A stretch of DNA of 34,281 nucleotides from Xylographa opegraphella (taxonomy: Eukaryota). Position numbers and translations under genes: made by a program. This document shows, one piece after another, positions 13,499-25,174 of this stretch. A model generated the notes under the pieces. That model made no database searches and was not told the origin of the DNA. It saw only the letters and a list, made by a program, of their open reading frames with translations. The stretch is from positions 1-34,281 of the forward strand of contig JALDZX010000112.1 in the NCBI GenBank assembly GCA_022813865.1, written 5' to 3'. The first letter of the stretch is position 1; every line of letters begins with the position of its first letter.

Positions 13499-14701
13499 AT
13501 GAAAACACTCCGGCTCCTGCGATGGAGCGGCGCCGTGCTCTCGCCTCGAACCAGACCGTGTGCCTACATTCGTCCTATCCTCCAGCCTTCACGCCTTCAA
13601 TCGACTGCTACTGCTGCCGTTCAAGATGACGTTGACAACAACGCAGTGTCATCACTGATCGACCTCACCACGCTCCCTTCGCCGCCCCCATCACGCGCTC
13701 TCCAATCCGCCAAACTCTCCGCCCTTCATGCACGACTCTCCCTTCCTCCTCGGCTGCCCGTCCAGACCCTCGCCCGCTGTCTCGTCGATGCCTCTGCCGA
13801 TTCGCACCCCTCTTTCAACAACCACTCCCTCTCTCTCCTGGGCAACGACCTTCTCGGCTACTACACCTCGGAACTCATCTTGTGCCGCTACCCTCGCCTC
13901 CCCATGATGATCATCTTCGCCGCCATGCAAGCCTACATTGGCCCTGCCACACTCACCTCCATAACCCGCGAATGGGGCGTCGACATCGCCGCGGAGCCGG
14001 GCGGGGAAGTTGATCCGGGCCTTCTACAGTTCAAAGCTATCATCCCCGGCAATGCCGACCTCGCCGGCGACGGCACTCTATTCAAAGACACCCAAACCCA
14101 TCCGGCTCCGAAACTGTGGAACCGCGGCCTCAGCAGCCTCTCCGTTACGGACGACTACTTCGGCACGATTCCCCCTCGTTCGCCGACCGACTACCTCGAG
14201 CGCCCCGAGCTGGCCGCGCAAGAAGCCGCAGCCCTCAACGCTCGCGGCGTGACGCTCGAACGCGCATCCACGAACTTCGTCCGCGCCGTCATGGGTGCCG
14301 TATACCTGCACGCTGGGCGCAACGCCACCAAAGCCTTCTTCCGCGCACACTTCCAAAGCCGAGAACTGAACGTGTCGAAGCTGTTCGAGTTCCGGCAGCC
14401 GACGCGGGACTTGTCGCGGCTGTGCGCGAGGGAGGGCCTGGTGAGCCCGGTGGCGAGGATACTGAGCGAGACGGGGCGGGAGAGTCGCACGCCGGTGTTC
14501 GTGGTTGGAGTGTTTAGCGGCAGGGATAAGCTGGGGGAGGGGCAGGGGGGAAGTTTGGATGAAGCACGGTTAAGGGCCGCCATCGCGGCGCTGAAGGGGT
14601 GGTATCTGTATAGTCCGTTGGAAGTCAAAGTGCCGAGTGAAGTGGAGGAGGGAGGCAAGTGGGAAGGGGTGTTGATAGACGGTGGAGAGGTGGTGGTTTA
14701 G
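13499..14701 (+). CDS. MRPL3: Mitochondrial large-subunit ribosomal protein mL44 (RNase III-like plus dsRBD), intronless
   Basis: Arg-rich presequence; SAKLSALHARL, LLGNDLLGYY, EPGGEVDPGLLQF, ARILSETGRESRTPVFVVGVFSG.DKLGEG motifs. Confidence 0.93.
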   Translation: MKTLRLLRWSGAVLSPRTRPCAYIRPILQPSRLQSTATAAVQDDVDNNAVSSLIDLTTLPSPPPSRALQSAKLSALHARLSLPPRLPVQTLARCLVDASADSHPSFNNHSLSLLGNDLLGYYTSELILCRYPRLPMMIIFAAMQAYIGPATLTSITREWGVDIAAEPGGEVDPGLLQFKAIIPGNADLAGDGTLFKDTQTHPAPKLWNRGLSSLSVTDDYFGTIPPRSPTDYLERPELAAQEAAALNARGVTLERASTNFVRAVMGAVYLHAGRNATKAFFRAHFQSRELNVSKLFEFRQPTRDLSRLCAREGLVSPVARILSETGRESRTPVFVVGVFSGRDKLGEGQGGSLDEARLRAAIAALKGWYLYSPLEVKVPSEVEEGGKWEGVLIDGGEVVV

Positions 14702-15332
14702 CTGGGAGTCAGCAACAGCTGATTCGCGCGAAAGTGTGACAGACGAGAAGGATTCTTGTGATATACTGGGCAATAGGTGAGGTGGTTACACAACAGGGGG
14801 ACACTGTGTGACTAGGTCTCGAGGACATGGTCCGAATTATTGCATAGCACAGGCTCATGGAGCGGCGTCTTGCTTATTCTTCCTACCCTGTACAGAAGTC
14901 TAACAGAATCGTCTCTCATCTCAGAAGAAATCATAGTGCAAGAAACTGAATATAATATTTCATGATGTTTTATGATTGCACATTATATACGGTACATGAA
15001 GCCTCTCCATAAAGGTATAAAATAGATGTTGGTATGGATAGTCCAAATGGCGCAAGAGCCTGCAAAAGAGGCTAGTTTAATTATACACTATAGCTTTTTG
15101 GACGCCTTTCCTAAGTCTTATCGTGGCTGTGGCGCTATCCACAGACACTATCTGGGTATCGATAAAGTTGCCAGCAAAACGTAGGCTGTCCTCAGCATCT
15201 TCAGCCTCACAGCAATCATGGTTTTCAAAATCGAAAGTACCACTCTGCTATATCACATCTCTGGATGTGTGTACTAAGCCGTCATTGTATTAGTCCTCCG
15301 AGAGCGTCTGTCCGAGGCGCTGCGGATTAAGG

Positions 15333-16989
15333 TCACGATTCAGACTTGACGTCGACCTTCTTTGCACTAGGTTGTACGTCCGCTGATGTATCCTCCACGC
15401 GAGATCGCTTCTTGGATGATTCAGGTTGTTCGGCTGCTGGCTTCTCAACAGCCGCAACCGTGCTACTCACGGTAGAAGCTTTCTCTCCATTCGTCGCATT
15501 TGCTACCTCGGGAAGCTTTTCTGAGGCTGGGGGAGTTTCAGTAGAAACTGCAACTTTAGGGACCCCACTACATCGCCCGTTAGTCGAAATTATGACAGAG
15601 ACGTAGAAATACCTACTGATCGTTCCGCTGCCTCTGTTTCTCATCGTTCCTATCGCGAAAGCCGCCTCTGGATCCTCGTCCTCTACCTCGGCCGGATCCG
15701 AATCCCTTGTGGCCTTTATCTTTTCTGTCATCCTTGAATCCTCTCTTCTGATCTTCAGCTCTTCGTTCGCGCCAGTCCTTGTCACCACCACCACTCTTTT
15801 GTTGTCGAGAATTCTCATTTGATCTTCTGATTTTTCCTTTGTTGATATCGTCGACCTTCTCGTCACAGTACTGCTTCTTGCTCTTGATCATCAAGTCTTT
15901 TCCGTCAAACTTTGGCTTGGACTCAAGATTGAGAAAAGCTTTCGCGGTCTCTGCCGAGTCAAACTCAACGAAGACGCTTCCTTTGAATTCTTTTTTCTCC
16001 GTGCGCCGTAAGCGGACCGAGTTGATAGGACCAAAGGGTGTGAAGAAGGCCTCGATATCGAATTGAGTGCTTGGCTTCTCAGCCCCAAACCCCTTTACGT
16101 AGACAGATTGAGCCATAGCCTTGTCTTCATAAACTTTTTTCACTTCCCGAAGGTCCTTGTCTTGAAGTCCTTCGGCTAATGGGACTTTTCGCTGGACAGC
16201 AGTGTCACCATCTACCAAAGTGAGAACGGTACTCTCTTTGAGAGCATCAACAACAGCGGAGTAAGGTTGAAAGTGCCGCATGCGCTTGAATGAATGAATA
16301 ATGCTTAACGGCACTGGGCAGTTTTTGTGACCTTCAACTTTCGAAAACAGGAATTTGTCCATGTGCAAGTTGGAATCAGAGAAGTAGAACTCAACCTGTT
16401 CGTACTGGTTAGCAGTGCGATTTGAAGATGTTTAACCAAAAGTCGATGTTACCTGTTTGCGAATGGCCACTGGATCACTGCTTTCTTCTTGAGATGTCAT
16501 GTCAGATTTAATATTGTCGGAATAGTTTACATATGGTTTGTTGGGATGATTGCCGTTACGACCACCTCGATTTCCTCGACTGGAGTGCGAGCCACGCTCA
16601 CCAGATATATTGGTTGCATCGGCAGATTCGGCTTCTTTTGGGTTGAGCTCGTTAGTTGGTTCTACTACTTTGGTCGATCGAGACTCGTCTTCGGTGGTAG
16701 TGGTCTTGGATAGAATACCTTCCTTCTCAGCGCTGTGTGATATGGCATGACCATCTGTTTTTACTGACACACCCTTTTCTACACTCTCCGTAGTGTCTTC
16801 TGTTACTGCGCCTTCAGGTCGCGCCTTCACCTCATCCGAAGTAGATGCCGGCTTGGTCGTTGCCTCAATATCTACGCTCTTCGTGACAGTAGAATTCGCG
16901 ATTGTATCTCCAGAATTGACAGTCTCATCGTTCGCAATCGACGTCGCAGATGGATCTGGCTCAATGGTTTCAGTCGTCAACTCGGCCAT
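15333..16989 (-). CDS. LHP1: La protein homolog, La motif plus RRM (exons 16989-16453, 16395-15617, 15567-15333)
   Basis: Spliced IRKQ|VEFYFSDSNL La motif; RRM SVYVKGF...FKGSVFVEF; basic RG-rich region and C-terminal AKK NLS-like tail. Confidence 0.93.
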
Positions 16990-17443
16990 GGTGATAAGCT
17001 GCCGAAAGCTCCTGAGAGCTACTTATATTGTTTGCGAAATCAAGTATGCTTCCTAATGTATGCGTAGCCTATTGATGATAAGAGCTTTTTCTAAGGATGA
17101 AGAGTTGAAAAGTGGGGTGGCGGGGGTTGAAATGAGTCAAGACTCGAGAGTGGAGCTTGGGATCAGTTTTTGCTAGTTGCTAGCTTTATCATGGAGTGAT
17201 AGGTAGTGATATCAGGAACTGTGGTCTATCGAGCATTCACGCAACAATAACGCTGGTGCTCCGCAATAGTCTTTGTTCTTGCTCCGCGAAGGGTGGAGCT
17301 TTTCCGTGCGGAGCTCTCAATGGAGCTCCGCAAGCGAGGGAAGGTTTTACCGGCCGGCGACGACACCCTAGAGCTAGAGCTATTCTCGATATAAACATCT
17401 AATCAGGAGCACCAATAGCTGCACGGAATCTACTAAAACGAGG
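16990..17443. promoter_or_regulatory. Probable bidirectional promoter between LHP1 and LSM4
   Basis: 454 bp between divergent start codons; perfect 10-bp stem TGCGGAGCTC-N6-GAGCTCCGCA (17307-17332), repeated GCTCCGC/GGAGCT motifs, TATAAA near 17390. Confidence 0.55.
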
Positions 17444-17941
17444 ATGGTAAAGCCCCCCATTTCTCTACCTTACATACGTGCAGTTTTCAATATTGATGAA
17501 AAATCTGAATAGCTTCCCCTCGGTCTGTTAAATGCGGCCCAAGGACACCCGATGCTGGTGGAACTCAAGAACGGAGAGACGCTAAACGGTCATCTTGTCA
17601 CTTGCGACACATGGATGAATCTCACTCTAAAAGAAGTTGTTCAGACAAGCCCCGAAGGAGACAAGTTCTTTAGATTACCAGAAGTCTATGTCCGAGGGAA
17701 CAACGTACGTCGGCAAAAGTGTGTATAGGTCACATCATTACTAACAAGCGTCAAGATTAAGTATTTACGAGTTCCTGACGAAATAATCGACTCGGTAAAG
17801 GATCAACAGCAGAATCAACCGTCAAGTCGGGGCAGAGGTGGCGGAATCCAGCGGGGAGATCATGGTAGCCGGGGGGACCGGGGACGTGGAGGACGGGGTG
17901 GGGGTGGTCGAGGTCGGGGAAGAGGCAGAGGCGGAGGTTAG
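17444..17941 (+). CDS. LSM4: U6 snRNA-associated Sm-like protein Lsm4 (exons 17444-17446, 17513-17704, 17756-17941); absent from the ORF track
   Basis: Spliced product [43 protein letters not shown]...[18 protein letters not shown] followed by an RGG tail. Confidence 0.96.
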
Positions 17942-18237
17942 AGGGCAGCTTTCTCTTGACGTTTGGACCGTCGTTGTACACGAAAGAGGGTACTTGGTGT
18001 GCGACCACCCGCAAGACTTGCAGACATGAGCTCGGCAACCAGCGAAGAGAGCTATTCATGGGCTCTTGGGCGGTCTGTTGGGGAAATTCCGGTGATTTCC
18101 GCCCCTGAACTTAGATCTACTCGACAAGATGCGCAACTGTAGCTACAGGTCATCAAAGACAAATCGTTGGCGTTGACAAAACATGTTCAGCGCCGGGTAA
18201 CTTTAGCCGAGAACTCCTCTAGATGGAAAACAACCCA

Positions 18238-18382
18238 CCGGAGTTGCCTCAGTACCTCAGACGTGAAGGGCGCTAAGCCCTTACGGGTTAGCTTACTACC
18301 GACTAACAAGTTAGGAGCAAACAATAAGCTAACCCGCAGGGGCGTAGCGCCTCATACGTCTGAGGTACTGAGGCAACACCGG
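18238..18382. repeat. Long inverted repeat (58-bp arms, 29-nt loop)
   Basis: 18238-18295 matches the reverse complement of 18325-18382 at 50/58 positions with no gaps. Confidence 0.92.
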
Positions 18383-18406
18383 AGGCTTCCCACATAGATA
18401 AATTTC

Positions 18407-20178
18407 ATGCCACCTACAAGCCAAGTAATTGACGCACTGTGGCATTGCCTATGCCCTCCTTCTGCCATCTCGATTACCTCATGGCCTTCATTAGGTCGGT
18501 CAATTGTGCGAGGAGCTTCCAAAACAGGCCTACCAATCTCAGTGCACCGGAGAACACTTTACTGCGCCGATTCCTATCGACTGAACAACAAGATATCCCT
18601 ATGTCAAGGTGGGGTATCTCGACACGGCTATCAGACTGCCACTACAGTTAATGGTGATAATAAGGATGCGGAGGTCTTGAGCACAATATCAAAATCCGCG
18701 GTCTATGAAGAACTTCGTAAGGCAAGCACGAAAGGCAATTTTGAACGAGTACAGCAGATTGTGCAGATTCTCGTGGAGGGACGGGGCGAGGCTCCTAACT
18801 CGCGGATATATACGGCTTTGATATTAGCCAATACGAGTCCGCATCATGGCACCGCCGCGGGACTGGATGGACTTTTGGAAGAGATGGTGAGAGATGGCAT
18901 TATGCCTGACTCAGCGACTTATCATGCGGTTCTGAAGGTAGGGCATCCTCGGTGTCGTATCTCCATCCGATTAGCTTACTCAGATAGGTGTTGGCAATAC
19001 ATCCCAATTACGTCCTTCGAAATGAGATACTCGATGAGCTTCGGTTCAGATGGTTTACACTCAGTACAGACGGATGGCATGACGTCGTTACAGGCTGTAT
19101 TCGCGATCGACAGATAGAGGTCGCTCTCGATAAGCTCGAGCAGATGCACGAGTTAGGGGTCCCCGTACATCCGTGGTTACATGATCTGTTCGTCTATACA
19201 TTCTGTGAGACAGGAGACTTCGACGAGGTTTTGCGAATAATGTATCACCGAGTCGACAGTGAGGAGCCGGATCTCTCTGGCACTCTCTGGTACTACATAT
19301 TAGAAACTGCCAGCCGCGCCTACCACTATGAGACTACTCTATGGGTTTGGCGCAAGCGTGTTGAAACCGGCTATCTCAACCCACCATCGGGCATTTGTAT
19401 CGATGTCCTCAATACCGCGGCTAGATACGGTGATTTCCGCCTTGCCAGTGATGTCTTTCGTATTCTAGGCAACCGTACGAATTCCTTACAAGCCTACCAC
19501 TACGAAGCACTCTTGGAATCCTATCTGGCGGCAGCCAACCTTCGCACAGCTATTTCCGTTCTCACGCTCATGGCGACTTCCAATGTTACGCCTACCGAAG
19601 CCACAACTCGATCCCTCTACCTTTACCTCCGAACATCTGCAGAATTTCCCGCTCAAGCTCTGAAAATACTTCAGGATCTCCGCAAAGCCAGCAAGCCAGT
19701 GCCCACCGTTGCCATCAACGCTATTATTGAGGCTTATGTCCACCTGAATGACCTCACCTCCGCCGTCGAGACCTACAAAATCCTTCATACGATTTGCCTG
19801 AGCGGCCCAACCACTGCCACCTTCAACGCCATCTTCCGCGGCTGCTCCAAAGCTGGACGCAAAGACCTGGCGATGTTCATGGCCTCGGAAATGCTCGCTT
19901 TGAAAGTGCAGCCTGACGCGTTGACGTACGATCGCTTGATCTTAGTGTGCATCGGCGGAAGTGGCTGGAACGACTTGGATGATGGGTGGAAGTATTATGA
20001 AGAGATGAAAGGGAAGGGGTGGTGGCCGAGAAGGGGTACCTTAATCGCGATGACGAGGCGGTATTGTGAGGGAAGAGATGAGCGCGTGTGGGGGCTGATG
20101 GATGAGATGGAGGAAAGGGGGATGGATATGGTGGGAATACAGAGGTGGGTGGGCGAGAACTGGAAGAGGAAGGAGTAG
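18407..20178 (+). CDS. Pentatricopeptide repeat (PPR) protein, probably mitochondrial (exons 18407-18937, 18988-20178)
   Basis: Repeated ~35-aa helical units (PNSRIYTALILA, PDSATYHAVLK, PTTATFNAIFRGC, PDALTYDRLILVC); N-terminal IDALWHCLCP motif; one phase-0 intron. Confidence 0.9.
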
Positions 20179-20375
20179 AGCGCAAGCAGGAGAAGGAGGA
20201 TGAATAACTGGTGAATATGCGAAAGGTACTTTGCTGCATTAAGGATTATGCGCAAGATTAGAGGCTGGATGAAGTTCTATACCCATAGCTATTGTACATT
20301 GTGATAATGTACAAAACGCCAAACCTTTTTATCATACTAAAGTCTCCTGACCCATTATCGCATGCGTGACATATT

Positions 20376-21674
20376 CTATCGCCTCCTTAAATACCAATTA
20401 AACGTCAGTCCATTGACCTCTGCCGGAAATGGTGTCGGAACCTCTCCAAGCCCGGGCCGTGCCACTGGATGCCTGAGATACACCGCACTACATATCTTGT
20501 GGTGCACCTCCAGATATCGCGGCACAAAAGCAAATGCCGACATGTACTCTCGAGGCCTCCACGGGGTGGCATACGGCTTTCGGGGATCGATAGGGTTTTC
20601 ACGCGCTTCTGCAAGGGCTTCCCGTAGCATGCGACGCTGATCGGATGGAAGGACTATTGTCGAACCATCGATTCGAGGTTTTCTATCTGGAGTGTTGTTG
20701 GTTTCGGTGGTTGTAGTGGCAGGTGTTTCGGAGATGTTGAGGCGTGATGTAAGCTCCAGTAATTGAGCATCAAGGGAATCGGTAATGGTAGTGTCGGTGG
20801 TTCTCCGGGAAAGAGTCCGTTTCACCTCTCGAGAAAAGGCGCGAAGGGCTTGCTTCTTCTTGCCGGACAGGTCATCAGTGGTTTTGAGAATGGATTTTGC
20901 TTGCGTGAGAAGAGAGGTGAGAACCGCTTTTGGGTTCTGCGGCGCTTCTTCCTCTGCTGCTTCGGGAGCGGCTTGTATCTCCGGTTTCTTCTCTGGTACA
21001 TCATCTTTGGAAGACTTCGCTCTAGCCCTCATCTTACGCCCTGCCCGCCGCTCCTTCCGGTCTTTCGGAGCGCCAGTGGCGTAGAGCACACGCTCAGGCT
21101 CGACCTGGAACATGTCGCCTGGATTGAGTTGATATCCCGGGTATATCATCTTCTTACCATTGACCTTGACGTATCCATGCACCACAAATTGCCGCGCTTG
21201 CCGAGTGCTGCTGGCGAAGAGTGATCGAAAGATGGCAGTGTCCAGCCTCCGTTCTGTCGGTGCATATACCATATTCATGTACGGAGTCCTCGGTAGGCCG
21301 TGAAGTTTGCGGTCTGGGTCCGGCACCTGCTCGAGCCCCGAGCCCCGACCCAAAGCTTGTTCTGATCCATCAGTGCGAGCCAGGTACTCGTGGTTCATGG
21401 GCACAACGGAACGCAGGATGGGTCTGAACATTCGTTGCCAGTGCTTCTCTCGAATGGTTTCGCCATGAAAGGCTCGGCTTAGCGACTTGGCAGCCCATTT
21501 CTGCTGGAAGAACGTTTGGCGATTAGATATGGGTGATTTGAGGCGCGAGAGATTGTAGAGGTTGTATTTGTTCCATGATTGGCGGACTTTCTACATGGAG
21601 GGTAAGTACTGAGACTCATGTTCGGGGTTATTATCACGTACTATTTTCTTCAGTCCATGGAATCTGTGACGCAT
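20376..21674 (-). CDS. NAM9: Mitochondrial small-subunit ribosomal protein uS4m (exons 21674-21642, 21590-20376)
   Basis: MRHRFHGLKKI|KVRQSWNKYNLYNL, TFFQQKWAAKSLSRAFHGE, S4 domain ERRLDTAIFRSLFASSTRQARQFVVHGYVKVNG, C-terminus AVYLRHPVARPG...FNWYLRRR. Confidence 0.96.
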
Positions 21675-21921
21675 CTTGCTTATAACATGCGTCAATCACT
21701 TTGAAGCTGGAGCATCTACTGCTGTTAGGGAATATTCTGTCGGGCCCGTCGGGGTTTCGGAGCATAGTCCGACCCGCTCGCCAAGACCTCCCGTCCCATG
21801 CTGTCACCGACTGCGCCTCACGAGCTGACATCTGGCTCTTAGGCCAGGCAACCACCTCTCCCCACTTCCGTCAACCACGGATTGGGGGACTTGTCAGCAG
21901 GCCGAGGACTTCAGGTGAAGC

Positions 21922-23832
21922 ATGCGTGGACTCCAGAGCGTGGCGGCTTTGCTGCTGCCAGTATTCGTCACATCTATCGCCCTCGGCAACGAGAAGGCAT
22001 CAGTGGGAGTGCCGTCGCCAATACCTGAGGTAGCTCGCGTAGAAGTCGACGGAAATCTCAACTACCGTGAGAACTCTCTTCAATCCGTCGGGTCTCATCA
22101 TTAATGAATAGTAGAACCGCAAGATGGCAAGGTCACATTCACGATACCTTGTCTCGACTGCTCGAATGCGGAGCGAGCTGTCCTCGAGAAAGCTGTGCGT
22201 GGATTGTCAAATCAATCATCTGTAGCTCGAGACTAAACATATCTAAAGGTCTTCACATTCAACATTGTCGAGACGAAAGCGACATGTACAAGCGATAGTC
22301 GCACATCAATCTATGAAAAGGAAATAGCAGACGGTGAAGAATCCTACCGTTTTGAATCCAGTGAATTGCAGATTGCAAATGGAATTGGTACTGCAGATGC
22401 TGTTGGACATTGGTCTCTCGGCTGTGCCTGTCTTCATGTCTCGCAAGATGGATCGTGTGCAATGGCCAATTTTGTCCGGGTGTTGGTGTTTCGTTTTCTC
22501 AATTGGAGTACACAAAATACTCCGGGATTTACAATCACCTATAAGGATTTGGACAAGCCAGAAATCCTTCGTGTCAGTCTCTTTGCTGATGCCGACGCAT
22601 TGTGGGATCTCGAGTCTTCACTACATTGGCAATCGCCCTCGTTCATGTCCATGCCTGACGCACCTGCGCCGAAATCCAAAATCTACCACAGCACTGTGAC
22701 GGATTCGACTTTCGGTCTCCCAACAGCCTCTGGTCCCCTGATACCCACACAGACTAGGCGCGTTATGACACCGCTGAGAATAATTACTTCGTCGGTTCCA
22801 CTCCCGGCCACAACACAAGTCCTGGACGACGATGACCTCGTCCAAATTCCACTCGGAATGCAAAATGCCCTGAGACCTAATCATAAGATCCAGAGCACAA
22901 GGTCTTCCGAAAACATAGGAAATGTTTTCGTGGATATTGAGACCAAGGCTAAGAACCTCTTCCAAAGTACCCTTGGAGACATCGGCTATAAAGACAACCC
23001 GCATTTCATAGCCTCTACTAAAGAAAGCGTCAGTAAGCAAGAGAGTGGGATCATCGAGGCAGTGGATGGGCTGAGGGAAATCACTCTCAATGCTGTACAA
23101 TCCAACATTCCTACGGCGGCCGAAATCTCTGCTGAGCCTCCGCGTACTCTGGATTCTGCCGTAACAGAGCAGATTTCACAAGTCCCTCCACAGCTACACT
23201 TTGTGCGAACCGACCAAGCCATCCGAGCGTTTCAAATTACTTCGCTCATTATCATTATAGTCTCTCTGACTACTGCGATTAGTGTTTATTTGTTCCGAAA
23301 TCCACGCAGAAGGGCTGATCGTGCTGCACGATGGGAAGAGTGCCGCCGCCGTCGTCTTTATGCACGTGCGGCTCGACACCATAAGTGGAAAAGCTGGATG
23401 TCCCGTGTAAGGGAAGCGACTCGTTTTCCTAAGCGTGGACAACCCATTGCGGAGACTTGGGAAGAGAAACAGACTATCACGGCGGCGGCGGAGGAAACAT
23501 CGATCAAACACATGAGGGACGAACTTCGTTCTCTGCGAATCGCTCACGAAGTGGTCGACGGTATAGTGAATGCTGAAGAGGGGAGAAGTGTCGGTATATC
23601 CTACAAGTCTCTCGTCCGAAGAGTGGAGCGGCGCGGCAGCAGTATATATGGATCAGATACCGAGCGTACGGTACCGCCGCCGTATGAGGAGGTGTTCGAT
23701 GAGGAGGATAGAGTGGCGAATGGGTTTCAGTACATTCCGGCTGGCACGGACTGTACACCGGACAGCAGTGTGATTGATACTAGTCCTCGGACGAGCATAT
23801 ACATGAGGGATAGCGATTCTGAAAAGGAATGA
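21922..23832 (+). CDS. Hypothetical type I membrane protein: signal peptide, one TM helix, PPPY motif (exons 21922-22066, 22112-22194, 22249-23832)
   Basis: Hydrophobic N-terminus VAALLLPVFVTSIALG; two introns splice in frame into the 488-aa ORF; TM ITSLIIIIVSLTTAISVYLF followed by Arg-rich RNPRRRADRAARWEE; cytosolic VPPPYEE. Confidence 0.8.
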
Positions 23833-24623
23833 GGAAGCACAGCTGCTTGTGGAGAGGTCATAATCCCCATTCCGCCATACGGATCACTTTTCATGTGGTT
23901 ATCATTATGGGCGCTGAGGGGTAAAGGGGCTTGTACCATATGGTATGCGATTGGGTAATAATCTTTGGGCTCATGGTGGTGGTCCAATACTACTCCTTCA
24001 TAGCTTACGCTGTATTCGACTCTTACGATCAATATTGTGTGATGGTGAGAACGATCTTTCGATCTTTCGTGCTATTTTCTGCTTCATATCCCACGGTGTG
24101 CATCTTTGATACCTTCTGATTGGCCATGAGTCCTGTGAGCTGCGTCTTGGAGGCAGACATCACGGGCAGCAGCAGCGTCACTTGAGCTTGTGTGATGTCT
24201 CCGACAGCTGTAGAGATGAGTCGCTAAGTAGACAGTCTTATAATTCGGCTAATTCGTTCTTGTGTAAGGCAAAAGATCTCGACGGCTACGGCTGACGCAA
24301 ATGAAGCCAGCTTCTACTTGTCATTTCACAATAGTAGAAGCTACTGTGGCTGCCTAGAGAACCTGAGGATATAGAGAATGCCGACCCAACGGTCTCGAGA
24401 GCTCGAAGATTGACCCACGAACTGGAGCTTTCGTCGAAGGATAGTTATTGTCATCCCGCCAGACATGTTTGATGTCATACGTTTTCAGTCATACAGGTTG
24501 AATCACCTACGAGGATCATCATTTTTGTTAAGCAAACGGCGTAAAGCTCACACACGAAGTTTCTTAACCGTGGCAAAGCTTCTGCAACAATTCGAAGCAT
24601 TCTGGCTGAACTACGCACATTGG

Positions 24624-25174
24624 CTACGAAGCAGCTGAAGTCTCAATTTCAATTCTTATAGAATACTGCCACAACGAAGCCTTTCCCACAATCTCATACT
24701 TTCCTCCCTCTGGATGGCTGCCCTGATAGACTGCCAACATCGCGTCCTCCGTTGCGAAAACAACAGTCATCTCCTGTATTATCATCAGGTCCATCGTGCT
24801 CCAAGTATGCAATACAGGTCGATTTCACCATGTCGCTGGAGATGCTTGTGTCTTTGTGCAAGACGGCGCATTTCAGGACGGCATTTAAGGCTTCTGCATC
24901 ACCAAAATATTTCAGGGTGCCACTGTATGGGTCAAATATCAGACAATGGCATGAAACTTGGAAGAGTGGGTGGTCAGCTCTACGAGGATTCTGTGGTTCC
25001 CGTCCAGGTAAATGATCCGCTCGCTTGGCCGAGAGTTTTGATCCCAAGGTCGGGGAATTCAAGCTCGAATAGGACCTGGTCGGCCTGGAACGCGAAAGTG
25101 CCGAAGGCTGATGTTATGGCTTCTGGTCCAGCTGCTCGGGTCTTGGGTATAGATGCGTGTCCCGCTCCAGACAT
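24624..25174 (-). CDS. Orphan 144-aa protein from three exons (25174-24984, 24922-24829, 24773-24624)
   Basis: Two short GT-AG introns (61 and 55 nt), each with a CTGAT branch point and CAG acceptor, join three separate ORF-track fragments into one open frame. The donors GTAGAG and GTGAAA are weak. Confidence 0.55.

Noticed and set aside
15613..15616. Apparent premature stop in LHP1 and similar ORF breaks in EXO70, RAD26, CDS1, the PPR gene and the pfkB gene
   Set aside because: All explained by ordinary introns that splice in frame.
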